From positions 1 to 56,383 of the forward strand of contig DATHND010000088.1 in the NCBI GenBank assembly GCA_035486335.1: a stretch of DNA of 56,383 nucleotides. The letters are read 5' to 3'. This document shows positions 24,250 to 32,838 of the stretch, piece after piece. Every line of letters starts with the position of its first letter. Positions within the stretch are counted from its first letter, which is position 1. Position numbers and translations under genes: made by a program. The notes under the pieces were generated by a model, which saw nothing but the letters and a program-made list of their open reading frames with translations, was not told where the DNA came from and ran no database searches. The DNA comes from Solirubrobacteraceae bacterium. GTDB taxonomy: Bacteria; Actinomycetota; Thermoleophilia; Solirubrobacterales; Solirubrobacteraceae.

Positions 24250-25314
24250 TCAGGGCGTTGCGATGGTCTCCGGCGGCGGTGGCGCCGTCTCGGGCTCCTC
24301 GGCGCCGGCCTCGTCGGCGGCCGCATCGCCGTCCTCGCCCCGCGCAGCGCCGGCGGCGCCGCCGCCGGCGCGCTCGCGCGCCTGACGCTCGGACCAGCGC
24401 TCGAGCGTCGCGCCGCCGCGCTCCGGGAACGGCACTTCGATCGTGTCGAAGTCGCGCGGCGCCTCGGTCGCGGCGAAGATCGCGCGCGCCTCATCGCGCA
24501 GCTGAGCGCCGCCGTGACGGCTCGACACGTGCGTCAGCGCAAGCAGGCGCACCTCCGCGTCGCGCGCGAGCGTCGCCGCCTGCGTCGCCGTGCTGTGCGC
24601 CGTCAGCCGCGCGCGCTCGGCCTCCTCGTCGGTGAACGTCGCCTCGTGCACGAGCACGTCCGCTTCGTGCGCCGCGATCGCGAGCGCCTCGCACGGCTCC
24701 GTGTCGCCCGACAGCACGATCTTGCGACCCTCGCGCTCCGCGCCCATGACCTGCTCGGGCGCGACGCCGTCGACCGTCTCGCCGCGCTGCAATCGGCCGA
24801 AGTCCGGCCCCGGCTTGACGCCGAGCTGCTCGGCGAGCTGCGCGTCCAGGTGCCCCGGGCGCGCGTCCTCGACGATCGCGTAGCCGAACGACGACGGCGC
24901 GCGGTGGCTGACCGGCACGGCCGCGACCGCGTAGCCGTCGCGGCGAACCGACTCCGCCGGCTCCAGCTCGACGACGCTCAGCTCGTACGGCAGCCGGCCG
25001 TAGACGATCCGCATCGCTCCCATCAGCTCGCGCAGCCCGCGCGGGCCATAGACGACGAGCGGCTGCTCGCGTTCGCGCAGCGCGAACGACTTCAGCATCC
25101 CCGGCAGGCCGAGCCAGTGGTCGGCGTGGAGGTGCGTCACGAACACGCATTCCATATCGAGCAACCCGATCGAGCGAACGAGCTGGCGCTGCGTGCCTTC
25201 GCCGCAGTCGAACAGCAGCCGATCGCCGCCGAGCCGCACGACGATCGCCGGCAGGCCGCGGTGCGCGCTCGGCGCCGAGCCGCCCGTGCCGGCGAAGAAC
25301 AGCGACAGGTCCAT
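24250..25314 (-). CDS. rnz: Ribonuclease Z
   Basis: GTGGSAPS, FDCGEGTQRQ, THLHADHWLG, GVKPGP arm, SGDT, HEATF, HST. Confidence 0.94.
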   Translation of the reverse strand: MDLSLFFAGTGGSAPSAHRGLPAIVVRLGGDRLLFDCGEGTQRQLVRSIGLLDMECVFVTHLHADHWLGLPGMLKSFALREREQPLVVYGPRGLRELMGAMRIVYGRLPYELSVVELEPAESVRRDGYAVAAVPVSHRAPSSFGYAIVEDARPGHLDAQLAEQLGVKPGPDFGRLQRGETVDGVAPEQVMGAEREGRKIVLSGDTEPCEALAIAAHEADVLVHEATFTDEEAERARLTAHSTATQAATLARDAEVRLLALTHVSSRHGGAQLRDEARAIFAATEAPRDFDTIEVPFPERGGATLERWSERQARERAGGGAAGAARGEDGDAAADEAGAEEPETAPPPPETIATP

Positions 25315-25448
25315 CTTGCAAAGGTAGCGGTGCGGTACGGCCTCGGCGCGTGATGAGCCGCTCGATAAACCCCGAGCGCTGCGATATCGAGAAGTCGCGG
25401 CGGCGGTAAGCTGCCTCAGCCGGGCTTGCGGGTTGCGCAGCCGCCCGT

Positions 25449-25521
<73 letters not shown>

Positions 25522-25564
25522 TTCGAAGCCGAGCCGGCTTGGCTTGCGTCTCTGCGATCGCCGC

Positions 25565-25999
25565 TCAGATCTCGAGGTAGCGCAGGACGACGCGCCCGAG
25601 GACGATCACATCGCCGTTGCTGAGATCCGCCTGGACGATCCGGCGGCCGTTGACGAACGTGCCGTTGGAGCTGCGATCGTCGAGCAACCGCGCGCCGCCG
25701 GGGCGTTCGACGAGCATCGCGTGACGGCGTGAGACCGACTTCTCGTCGAGGTGCAGATCGGCCGACAGTCCGCGGCCGATGTGCATCACGCCGCTGCCGA
25801 TCGGGATCAGCAACGACTCGCCCGGCCCGTGGACCTCGAGGTAACGGCCCGGTCCGGACGGCCGCTCGGAGATCGCCTTGCGGCGAACGCTCTCGTCGAG
25901 ACAGGCGATCGCGTCGACGCGCTCGGTGAGGCCCTCTGCGGTGGCTGAACGGATCGGTGCTCGAGTGCTCATGAGGGGAGTTGGTCGAATGCTACTCAT
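25565..25999 (-). CDS. Stand-alone FHA domain protein
   Basis: IGRG..LHLDEKSVSRRHA..DDRSSNGTFVNG..LSNGDVIVLG. Confidence 0.92.
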   Translation of the reverse strand: MSSIRPTPLMSTRAPIRSATAEGLTERVDAIACLDESVRRKAISERPSGPGRYLEVHGPGESLLIPIGSGVMHIGRGLSADLHLDEKSVSRRHAMLVERPGGARLLDDRSSNGTFVNGRRIVQADLSNGDVIVLGRVVLRYLEI

Positions 26000-26120
26000 G
26001 TGCCCCTGAAGGGCTCCGAAGAAACCTGTAAAGGGATGCTGAAGACGTCTTCATTGTCCGCGTACTGCGAGATTCACATGCGGCGGCGCCCGGCGCGCCG
26101 CAAGGCGCCTTGCGTGCGAG

Positions 26121-26306
26121 CTAGTGCGAGGCCGGCGAGCCGGCCGTTGAGCCGAGCGGCGGCTTCGGAGCGTCGCCACCACCACCGCCTTTGCGATCGT
26201 TCTTCATCCGCCGCGCGCTCCACCAGCCCCAGCCGCCGACGGCGAGCACCGGCACGACGTACATCATCGACTCGTACCAGTGGGTCAGACAGCCGAACAC
26301 GGGCAT
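26121..26306 (-). CDS. Small single-pass membrane protein (61 aa)
   Basis: MPVFGCLTHWYESMMYVVPVLAVGGWGWWSARRMK; own -10-like TAGCTT 8 nt upstream; 11 nt downstream of the preceding gene. Confidence 0.6.
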   Translation of the reverse strand: MPVFGCLTHWYESMMYVVPVLAVGGWGWWSARRMKNDRKGGGGGDAPKPPLGSTAGSPASH

Positions 26307-26317
26307 CGCGGCGAAAG

Positions 26318-27073
26318 CTACCACGCCTCGCGGGAGCCGGCGCGCGGCGCGCGCGGCGACCCGTCGCCGGCCGGCCCGCCCCCGCCGCCGAGCGCGGAGT
26401 CGCCGCGCGCGCGGCGGCGGCGCACGACAGGCACGAGCAGCAGCCCAAGCACGACGATCGCACCGCCGATCACGATCATGGCGACGGGCGCCGACGAGGC
26501 GTTCGGCGTCCAGTAGAGCGTTCCAGCGACGTCGCCGCTTCGTGAGCCGACGGCGATCGGCACGCGCCAGTCGAAGATCAGCGTGCGCCTGCCCTTGTCC
26601 TTGACCTGCGGCGGCGGCACCGGCGACATCCAGTGGATCCGATGGTCGTGCCATTCAAACTGGCCGGTGCGGTCGATCAGGAGCCAATGCGGGACCGCGT
26701 TCGCGCTCGCGAACGACGGCACGGTGACGTTGCCGTAGAAGCTCTGGTTGAGGTAGTACGCGGGCGCGTGCGTGTTGACTTCGACGGTCCCGTTCGGCTG
26801 CACGCGCGCGTACCGTTCGCCTTCGTAGCCCCTGATTTCGACCGTCTTGCCGGTGCCGTTGCGCAGCAGCAGGCGATCGGAGAACTGCAGCACCTGCAAC
26901 TGCAGGCCGGGCGCCGCGGGCGTGATCGAGGTGATCGTCGAGCGGTAGTTCGGACTCGAGCCCTGGTCGTTGAGCGGGTTCTGCGGCTGCGCTTCGGCGG
27001 CGGCGAGCGCCGGCGAGGAGCACGCGCCGAGCGAGCACGCGAGCAGCAGTGCGAACCTCGCGCGGGCGGACAT
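26318..27073 (-). CDS. Exported, C-terminally membrane-anchored protein with WHDHR motif
   Basis: Signal peptide (possible LGAC lipobox), beta-rich domain with FEWHDHRIHWM, C-terminal TM helix followed by RRRR. Confidence 0.85.
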   Translation of the reverse strand: MSARARFALLLACSLGACSSPALAAAEAQPQNPLNDQGSSPNYRSTITSITPAAPGLQLQVLQFSDRLLLRNGTGKTVEIRGYEGERYARVQPNGTVEVNTHAPAYYLNQSFYGNVTVPSFASANAVPHWLLIDRTGQFEWHDHRIHWMSPVPPPQVKDKGRRTLIFDWRVPIAVGSRSGDVAGTLYWTPNASSAPVAMIVIGGAIVVLGLLLVPVVRRRRARGDSALGGGGGPAGDGSPRAPRAGSREAW

Positions 27074-27087
27074 CGGCCAACCGTAGC

Positions 27088-28578
27088 TCAGGTGCCGACG
27101 TCGGCGAGCAGCCACAGACCGAAGCTCGTGAACGCGACCATCACGGCGAGCATCCAGTACTGGCTGCGCACGGCCTCTTCCGGATCGCGGTACATCACGA
27201 GCGCGCGGTCGTGCGCGAGCGCGAGACCGCTGACGTGTCCGGTGACGAGCGCCGCGACCTGCACGTACCAGATCGCGGCGTAGGAGATCACCTGATAGTC
27301 GATCTGGTAGTTGGCGGTGCCGAACAGGTTGGAGCCGTCGCCGAGCGGGTCGGAGATCAGATAGCCGATCGCCTGCCCCTGCCAGAGGAGCAGCGAGAAG
27401 TAGTGCGCGAGCACGTACGCGAAGGCGATCGGCACGAGCGTATGCGCGAACGCGCGCGTCAGCGCGCCGAGATCGTAGCGCGCGCTGACGTTGCGCACGC
27501 CGAGGATCCCGACGCGATAGACGACCACGATCAGGCAGATGCAGAAAACGAGGCCGACCGAGTAGGCGAGCTCCTGCGCCGGCGTCGGCCCGAGCCCGAG
27601 ACTCGAGAAGACGCTCTGCACTTCGGGCTCGGCTTTGCGCCAGATGCCACCGTTGGAGAAGCCGTCGAACGTCGTCGTGCCGATCAGCGCACAGACGAGC
27701 GTGACCGTGCCGGCGCGCATCGGCAGGCTCGTCACGCCGCTCAGCGGCCGGCGCAGGCAGAGGCGGCCACGCTCGTCGCACACGAGCGGCGAGAGCCGGC
27801 CGAGCAGGCCGAAGTAGACGGCGAAGCCGTCGGCGCAGCCGCTCCAGCGCTCGACGCCGAACAGCAGCATGCCGAGCAGCATCACGACGAAGTATCCGAG
27901 CGACAGCGCGGCGAGCAGCGAGGGCTGGTCGCGGTTGACGTAGACGAGCTCGAGCCACGCGAAGCCGACGACGCCGGCGATCGCCGGCCATACGCCAAGC
28001 CACGCCGGATAGCGCAGCGGCGAGTCGCGAGGATCGCCGCCGCGCGCCAGCCGCGCGACGCCGCGAGCCGCTCGCGCGCAAGTGCGCCACGGGCTGAGCG
28101 AGGCGAACACGTCGCCGAGCACGACGCTCGCGACCGGCAGCCCGACCCAGAAGATCACGTAGATGAACGTCACCGAGAAGTTCGCGCCCGGCACCTGCGC
28201 GCCGTCGAAGCCGCTGTAGAGGACGAGCGCGAACAGCGCGACGCCGACGACGCCGGCGAGCGCGTCGAGCGCCGCCGCGAGCCGCGATGCGCGCGCACCT
28301 TTCCCCTGCTCGCGCACGGCCTCGGCGGCGGGGGCGGATCGACGGACGATCGCTCGCCGACGCTCGTCCTGCAGCTGCGGCGTGCGCCACAGCGTCGAGA
28401 GCGCGACGAACGAGACGACGAGCACGATCGCCGCGGTCCAGCTGAACAGCCAGACGGGGATCGGCAGGTCGGCCTTGCCGACGATCCCGTGCGCCTGCGC
28501 GGCGGCCGGCAGCGCCAGCGCCAGAAGGACGGAGCCGCCGAGCAGCACGGGCAGCATCCGGCGTGGCGAGGCGTTCAT
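27088..28578 (-). CDS. Polytopic membrane protein (family I recall as often auto-annotated 'fenitrothion hydrolase')
   Basis: Signal peptide ending AQA|HGIVGKADLPIP, roughly 10 TM segments, FDGF, PIAFAYVLAHYFS, GHVSG..AHDRA, SQY. Confidence 0.8.
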   Translation of the reverse strand: MNASPRRMLPVLLGGSVLLALALPAAAQAHGIVGKADLPIPVWLFSWTAAIVLVVSFVALSTLWRTPQLQDERRRAIVRRSAPAAEAVREQGKGARASRLAAALDALAGVVGVALFALVLYSGFDGAQVPGANFSVTFIYVIFWVGLPVASVVLGDVFASLSPWRTCARAARGVARLARGGDPRDSPLRYPAWLGVWPAIAGVVGFAWLELVYVNRDQPSLLAALSLGYFVVMLLGMLLFGVERWSGCADGFAVYFGLLGRLSPLVCDERGRLCLRRPLSGVTSLPMRAGTVTLVCALIGTTTFDGFSNGGIWRKAEPEVQSVFSSLGLGPTPAQELAYSVGLVFCICLIVVVYRVGILGVRNVSARYDLGALTRAFAHTLVPIAFAYVLAHYFSLLLWQGQAIGYLISDPLGDGSNLFGTANYQIDYQVISYAAIWYVQVAALVTGHVSGLALAHDRALVMYRDPEEAVRSQYWMLAVMVAFTSFGLWLLADVGT

Positions 28579-28667
28579 CGGCGGCGCATTCTACGCCAGT
28601 CAGGTGGCGCGCCTCGTCGCTCGCGGCGAGCGCTCCGGCGCGCCTGCTCGCGTACGCTGCAAGCTGA

Positions 28668-29576
28668 ATGATCGCGCTCCCACTCGCCGTTTCGACCGGC
28701 ATCGAGGCCGCGCTGCAGCTCGGACCGCTCGCGCTGCTCGCGCTGCTGTACGCGCGCCGCGTGCGCGCGCTGGCGACGAGCTCGCATCCGGTGCCTGGCT
28801 GGCGTCAGGCGTGCTTCTACGGCGGCTTCGTGACGATCGCGGCGGCGCTGACTTCGCTCGGCTCGGCCAGCCAGGACCTGCTGTACATGCACATGATCGA
28901 GCACCTGCTGCTCGGCGACGTCGCGGCGCTGCTGATTGTGCTCGGGCTGACCGGCCCGCTGCTCGCGCCGATTCTCAAGGTCCGCGTGTTCGACCGCCTG
29001 CGCGTGCTCACGCACCCGGCGATCGCGTTCCCGCTGTGGGCGATCGACTTGTACGTGTGGCACGCGCCGGGGCTCTATCAGGCGGCGCTGCGCCACACGG
29101 GGATCCACGCGCTCGAGCACGCGATGTTCCTCGCGTGCGGCGTCAACATGTGGATGTGCCTCGTCGGCCCGCTGCCGACGCCGAGCTGGTTCGGCAACCT
29201 CGCGCGGCTGTTCTACATCGTCGCCGTGCGCCTCGCCGGCACCGTGCTCGGCAACATCTTCCTCTGGTCGGGAACCGTCTTCTATCCGTTCTACACGCAC
29301 GGCGACGCGGTCCACCACATTTCGCCGCTAGCCGACCAGAACATCGCCGGCGCGGTGATGATGGTCGAGGAGTCGTTCCTCACGCTCGGGCTGTTCTGCT
29401 GGCTGTTCTTGCGCGCGGCGCGCGAGGGCGAGGAGCGCCAGAACCTGCTCGACTACGCGCACTCGCAGGGCCTCGAGCTGAGCGAGGCGCGCGCGGCGCG
29501 CGCCGTCGCCGCCGGGCGCGGCGCTGAGCTGCGCCGGCGCCTTGAGCGCCGCACGGAGACGGCCGAGCCGACCTGA
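28668..29576 (+). CDS. Cytochrome c oxidase assembly factor, Caa3_CtaG family
   Basis: HMIEHLLL, WHAPGLY, HALEH, PLADQNIAGAVM. Confidence 0.88.
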   Translation: MIALPLAVSTGIEAALQLGPLALLALLYARRVRALATSSHPVPGWRQACFYGGFVTIAAALTSLGSASQDLLYMHMIEHLLLGDVAALLIVLGLTGPLLAPILKVRVFDRLRVLTHPAIAFPLWAIDLYVWHAPGLYQAALRHTGIHALEHAMFLACGVNMWMCLVGPLPTPSWFGNLARLFYIVAVRLAGTVLGNIFLWSGTVFYPFYTHGDAVHHISPLADQNIAGAVMMVEESFLTLGLFCWLFLRAAREGEERQNLLDYAHSQGLELSEARAARAVAAGRGAELRRRLERRTETAEPT

Positions 29577-29610
29577 GGCGAACGACGCCCGGCGGCGCTA
29601 CGCTTGGCCG

Positions 29611-29838
29611 ATGTGCGCCGGATGCGCGATGGCCGCGGCGTCGGCCGCCACGGGGTTCAGGACGTGGCTTCAGACCCACCACTTCGGCTGGCTGACGCCG
29701 AAGCGGATGCGTGCGCTGACGCTCGCGGCGATGGTCGCCGCCGGCCTCGTCTCGACGGTCGGCATCAGCGGCTCGACGGCGCGCGCGAGCGCCGCCCATC
29801 ACGCGAACGCCGCCGCCGCTAGCGCGTCCGGGCGCTGA
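29611..29838 (+). CDS. Small membrane protein with N-terminal CxxCxM
   Basis: MCAGCAMAAASAATGFRTWL..WLTPKRMRALTLAAMVAAGLVSTVG; TACGCT 6 nt before the ATG. Confidence 0.65.
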   Translation: MCAGCAMAAASAATGFRTWLQTHHFGWLTPKRMRALTLAAMVAAGLVSTVGISGSTARASAAHHANAAAASASGR

Positions 29839-29844
29839 CGCGAG

Positions 29845-30120
29845 CTACCCGCCCGCTACAGCGGGCAGGATCGTCAACTCGGAGCCGTCCTCGACGGGCG
29901 TCTCCAACCCGTCGAGGAAGCGGATGTCTTCGCCGGCGACGTACACGTTGACGAAGCGGCGCAGGCCGCCGTCGTCGTCGTACAGCCGCGCGCGCAGCTC
30001 ATCGTGGCGCGCGAACAGGCCGTCGAGCACCTCCTGCACGGTCGCGCCGTCGACCTCCGTCTCGGCCTCGCCGCCGGTCGCCGCTCGAAGCTGCGTCGGG
30101 ATCTTCACGAGCACGGCCAT
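29845..30120 (-). CDS. Ubiquitin-like sulfur carrier protein (MoaD/ThiS/CysO family)
   Basis: VKIPTQLR..LRRFVNVYV..EDIRFLDGLETPV..ILPAVAGG C-terminal diglycine. Confidence 0.95.
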   Translation of the reverse strand: MAVLVKIPTQLRAATGGEAETEVDGATVQEVLDGLFARHDELRARLYDDDGGLRRFVNVYVAGEDIRFLDGLETPVEDGSELTILPAVAGG

Positions 30121-31556
30121 CAGCTGTCAGCTGCCGAGACGGTCGAGGATCGAGCAGAGACAGGACGTACCCCGTTCGGGGCACAGGCAGGATCGCGAAG
30201 TGTGCTGGCCGAAACGGGGATGCGAGCGGAGCGAGTGTCTACCGGCTTCGGCACACGAGCGACCGCGGTGACGGGTCCCGGAGGGGTAAGGTTCTCGGCC
30301 GTCTCGAACGCCTCGACGCTTGGTGCGATCGTGTGCGTCTCAAACATCCCGCGCACGGCGTCGAGCGTCTTCAGGCCCTCGCCGGTGATCACGAGCACGA
30401 CGCGCTCGTCGGGGTCGATCTCGCCGCGCTCGGCGAGCTTTGCGAGCGTCGCCGTCGTGACGCCGCCGGCCGTCTCGGTGAAGACGCCGGTCGTTTCGGC
30501 GAGCAGCTTGATGCCCGCGCGGATCTCCTCGTCGGAGACGGCGTCGACCGAGCCGCCGGTGCGGCGCGCGAGGTCGAGCGCGTACGGCCCGTCGGCCGGG
30601 TTGCCGATCGCAAGCGACTTCGCGATCGTGTCCGGCTTGACCGGCTTGCAGACCTCGTGCCCGGCCGAGAACGCGCTCGCGACCGGCGAGCAGCCCTCCG
30701 CCTGCGCGCCGTTCATCCGCGGCGCCGGGCCGTCGAGCAGACCGAGCTCGCTCCATTCCTCAAAGCCGCGCGCGATCTTCGTGAACAGCGAGCCCGATGC
30801 GATCGGCACGACGCAGCGGTCGGGCAGCTCCCAGCCGAGCTGCTCGGCGATCTCGAACGCGAGCGTCTTCGAGCCCTCGGCGTAGTACGGGCGCAGGTTG
30901 ATGTTGACGAACGCCCAGTCGCGTTCGGCGCACAGCTCGGTGCAGAGGCGGTTGACGTCGTCGTAGCTGCCCTGCACGCCGACGACGTTCGTCCCGTAGA
31001 CGCCCGTCGCGAGCACCTTCTGCTCCTCGAGGTTCGCCGGGATGAACACGTAGGAGTCGAGGCCGAGCGCGGCGCCGTGTGCGGCGACCGAGTTGGCGAG
31101 GTTGCCGGTCGAGGCGCATGCGATCGTCTCGTAGCCGAGCTCGCGCGCGCGCGTGACGGCGACCGAGACGACGCGGTCCTTGAACGAGTGCGTCGGGTTC
31201 GCCGCGTCGTTCTTGACCCACACCTCGCGCAGGCCGAGGCGCGCGGCAAGACGGTCAGCGCGGATCAGCGGCGTGCAGCCGGCCGGCAGCCCGACACGCG
31301 AGGCCAGGCGTCCCGAGGGGCCCGGCGGTCCGCCGGCGAGCGGCAGAAAGTCGGCGTAGCGCCAGATGTTCTGCGGACCGCCCTGGATCCGGCGTCGCAG
31401 CTCGGCGACGTCGCGGACGCCGCCGCCGGAGGCGGCGATCAGGCGGCTGTGGTCGTAGGCGACCTCAAGCGGGCCGAAGCACTGCTCGCAGACGTAGAGG
31501 GCCTCGAGCGGGTATTCGGCCTTGCACTCCTTGCACTGCAGGTGACTGACAGCCAT
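30120..31556 (-). CDS. Threonine synthase-like PLP enzyme (probably sulfur amino-acid synthesis) with repeat-derived C-terminal tail
   Basis: CKEC..CEQC, NPTHSFKDR (PLP Lys), CASTGN, YYAEGSKT, SLAIGNPADG, ITGEGLK; TGATG overlap with the sulfur carrier gene. Confidence 0.9.
   Translation of the reverse strand: MAVSHLQCKECKAEYPLEALYVCEQCFGPLEVAYDHSRLIAASGGGVRDVAELRRRIQGGPQNIWRYADFLPLAGGPPGPSGRLASRVGLPAGCTPLIRADRLAARLGLREVWVKNDAANPTHSFKDRVVSVAVTRARELGYETIACASTGNLANSVAAHGAALGLDSYVFIPANLEEQKVLATGVYGTNVVGVQGSYDDVNRLCTELCAERDWAFVNINLRPYYAEGSKTLAFEIAEQLGWELPDRCVVPIASGSLFTKIARGFEEWSELGLLDGPAPRMNGAQAEGCSPVASAFSAGHEVCKPVKPDTIAKSLAIGNPADGPYALDLARRTGGSVDAVSDEEIRAGIKLLAETTGVFTETAGGVTTATLAKLAERGEIDPDERVVLVITGEGLKTLDAVRGMFETHTIAPSVEAFETAENLTPPGPVTAVARVPKPVDTRSARIPVSASTLRDPACAPNGVRPVSARSSTVSAADS
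30135..30306. repeat. Long hairpin repeat element, copy B (inside the thrC-like 3' end)
   Basis: 30202-30265 matches 42080-42143 at 61/64 nt by eye; terminal IR CGAGACGGTCGAGGATC...GGTTCTCGGCCGTCTCG. Confidence 0.85.
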
Positions 31557-31616
31557 CGGAAACCTCCGTCGATCGTCTTCGCGGTGTCACTTGTGCGAAG
31601 AGCGCGGAGGCTCGCC

Positions 31617-31709
31617 ACACATCTCTCTGGAATTGGCACCTTCCCGCTGTGACATGACGGTGGTTGCCGGGGTTTCATCGGGCCAGTCCCTTCACCCCTC
31701 TGGATGTGT
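31617..31709 (-). ncRNA. SAM-I (S-box) riboswitch
   Basis: ACACATCCAGAGGGGTGAAGGGACTGGCCCGATGAAACCCCGGCAACC..GGTGCCAATTCCAGAGAGATGTGT; P1 ACACATC/GATGTGT; extended -10 TGCTAGACT at 31727-31735. Confidence 0.93.
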
Positions 31710-31842
31710 CCAGCTATGTGCGCGCAAGTCTAGCAATCCGCCCGACGGACGCAAGCGCATGTCCAGCGGGCTTGGACGCGCCCGCGCGACTCCACGAGCG
31801 CCCGCCGGTAACGGCGCGCGAGGCGTGGTGTAGGCGTTTTCG

Positions 31843-32838
31843 ATGAAGAGCAGCACGAGCGAGCGCGATCCCGCCCGCGCGACCCGCACGGCGCCGCTCG
31901 CGCCGCTGTCGGCCGCGAGCAGGCGGCGCATGCTCGTGATCGTCAACCCGCACGCCGCGACCGTCTCCGCACGACTGCGCAATCTCGTCGTCTACGCGCT
32001 GAAGGGCCGCTACGAGGTCGACGCGGTCGACACCGACGCGCGCGGGCACGCGACCGTGCTGTGCCGCGAGGCGGCGCACGAGGGCTACGACGTCGTCGTC
32101 GCGTTCGGCGGCGACGGCACCGTCAACGAAGCGGCCAACGGCCTGCTCGGCTCGGCGACGCCGCTATGCGCGCTGCCGGGCGGCTCGGCGAACGTGTTTG
32201 CGAAGATCCTCGGCATCCCCGGCGAGCTCGTCGATGCGACCGAGCACCTGCTCGCGATCGCCGATGACTGGCGCCCGCGCGCGATCGACCTCGGCGGCGT
32301 CAACGACCGCTGCTTCGTGTTCAACTCCGGCGTCGGCCTCGACGCGAGCGTCGTGCGGCGCGTCGATGCGCGCACCGCGCTGAAGGCGCGCTTCGGCCCG
32401 CACTTCTTCACATGGATCGCGCTCACGACGTACACACGCCGCTACCTGCTCGGCGCGCCGCGGATGGTCATCGAGGCTGGCGATCAGACGTTGCGCGGCG
32501 TCACGACCGTCGTGCAGAACGCCGCGCCGTTCACCTACTTCCACGAGCGCCCGATCGAGATCGCCGACGGCGCCGCGCTCGACTCCGGCGTGCTCGCCGG
32601 CGCCGTGCTGCACCGCGCGACGCCGCTCGGCCTCGTGATGATCGGCGCGCGCTCGCTCGCGCCGCGGCTGCGCGCCGTCGACCACCGCCAGATCACGGGC
32701 TTCGCCGGCGTCGAGCGGCTGACCGTGCGCAGCGCCGACGCACGCCCGCTGCCGCTGCAGGTCGACGGCGACTTCATCGGCGAGGTCGACGAGGCGCGCT
32801 ACTCGATCAAGCCGCGCGCGCTGACCGTGGTTGCCTAA
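31843..32838 (+). CDS. Diacylglycerol/lipid kinase family protein
   Basis: VIVNPHA, GGDGTVNEAANG, LPGGSANVFA, QVDGD; start could instead be 31930. Confidence 0.9.
   Translation: MKSSTSERDPARATRTAPLAPLSAASRRRMLVIVNPHAATVSARLRNLVVYALKGRYEVDAVDTDARGHATVLCREAAHEGYDVVVAFGGDGTVNEAANGLLGSATPLCALPGGSANVFAKILGIPGELVDATEHLLAIADDWRPRAIDLGGVNDRCFVFNSGVGLDASVVRRVDARTALKARFGPHFFTWIALTTYTRRYLLGAPRMVIEAGDQTLRGVTTVVQNAAPFTYFHERPIEIADGAALDSGVLAGAVLHRATPLGLVMIGARSLAPRLRAVDHRQITGFAGVERLTVRSADARPLPLQVDGDFIGEVDEARYSIKPRALTVVA

Noticed and set aside
30167-30184. GTACCCCGTTCGGGGCAC resembling a CsoR operator near the putative copper cluster
   Set aside because: It lies inside repeat copy B and a CDS, not in a promoter; better explained as part of the hairpin.
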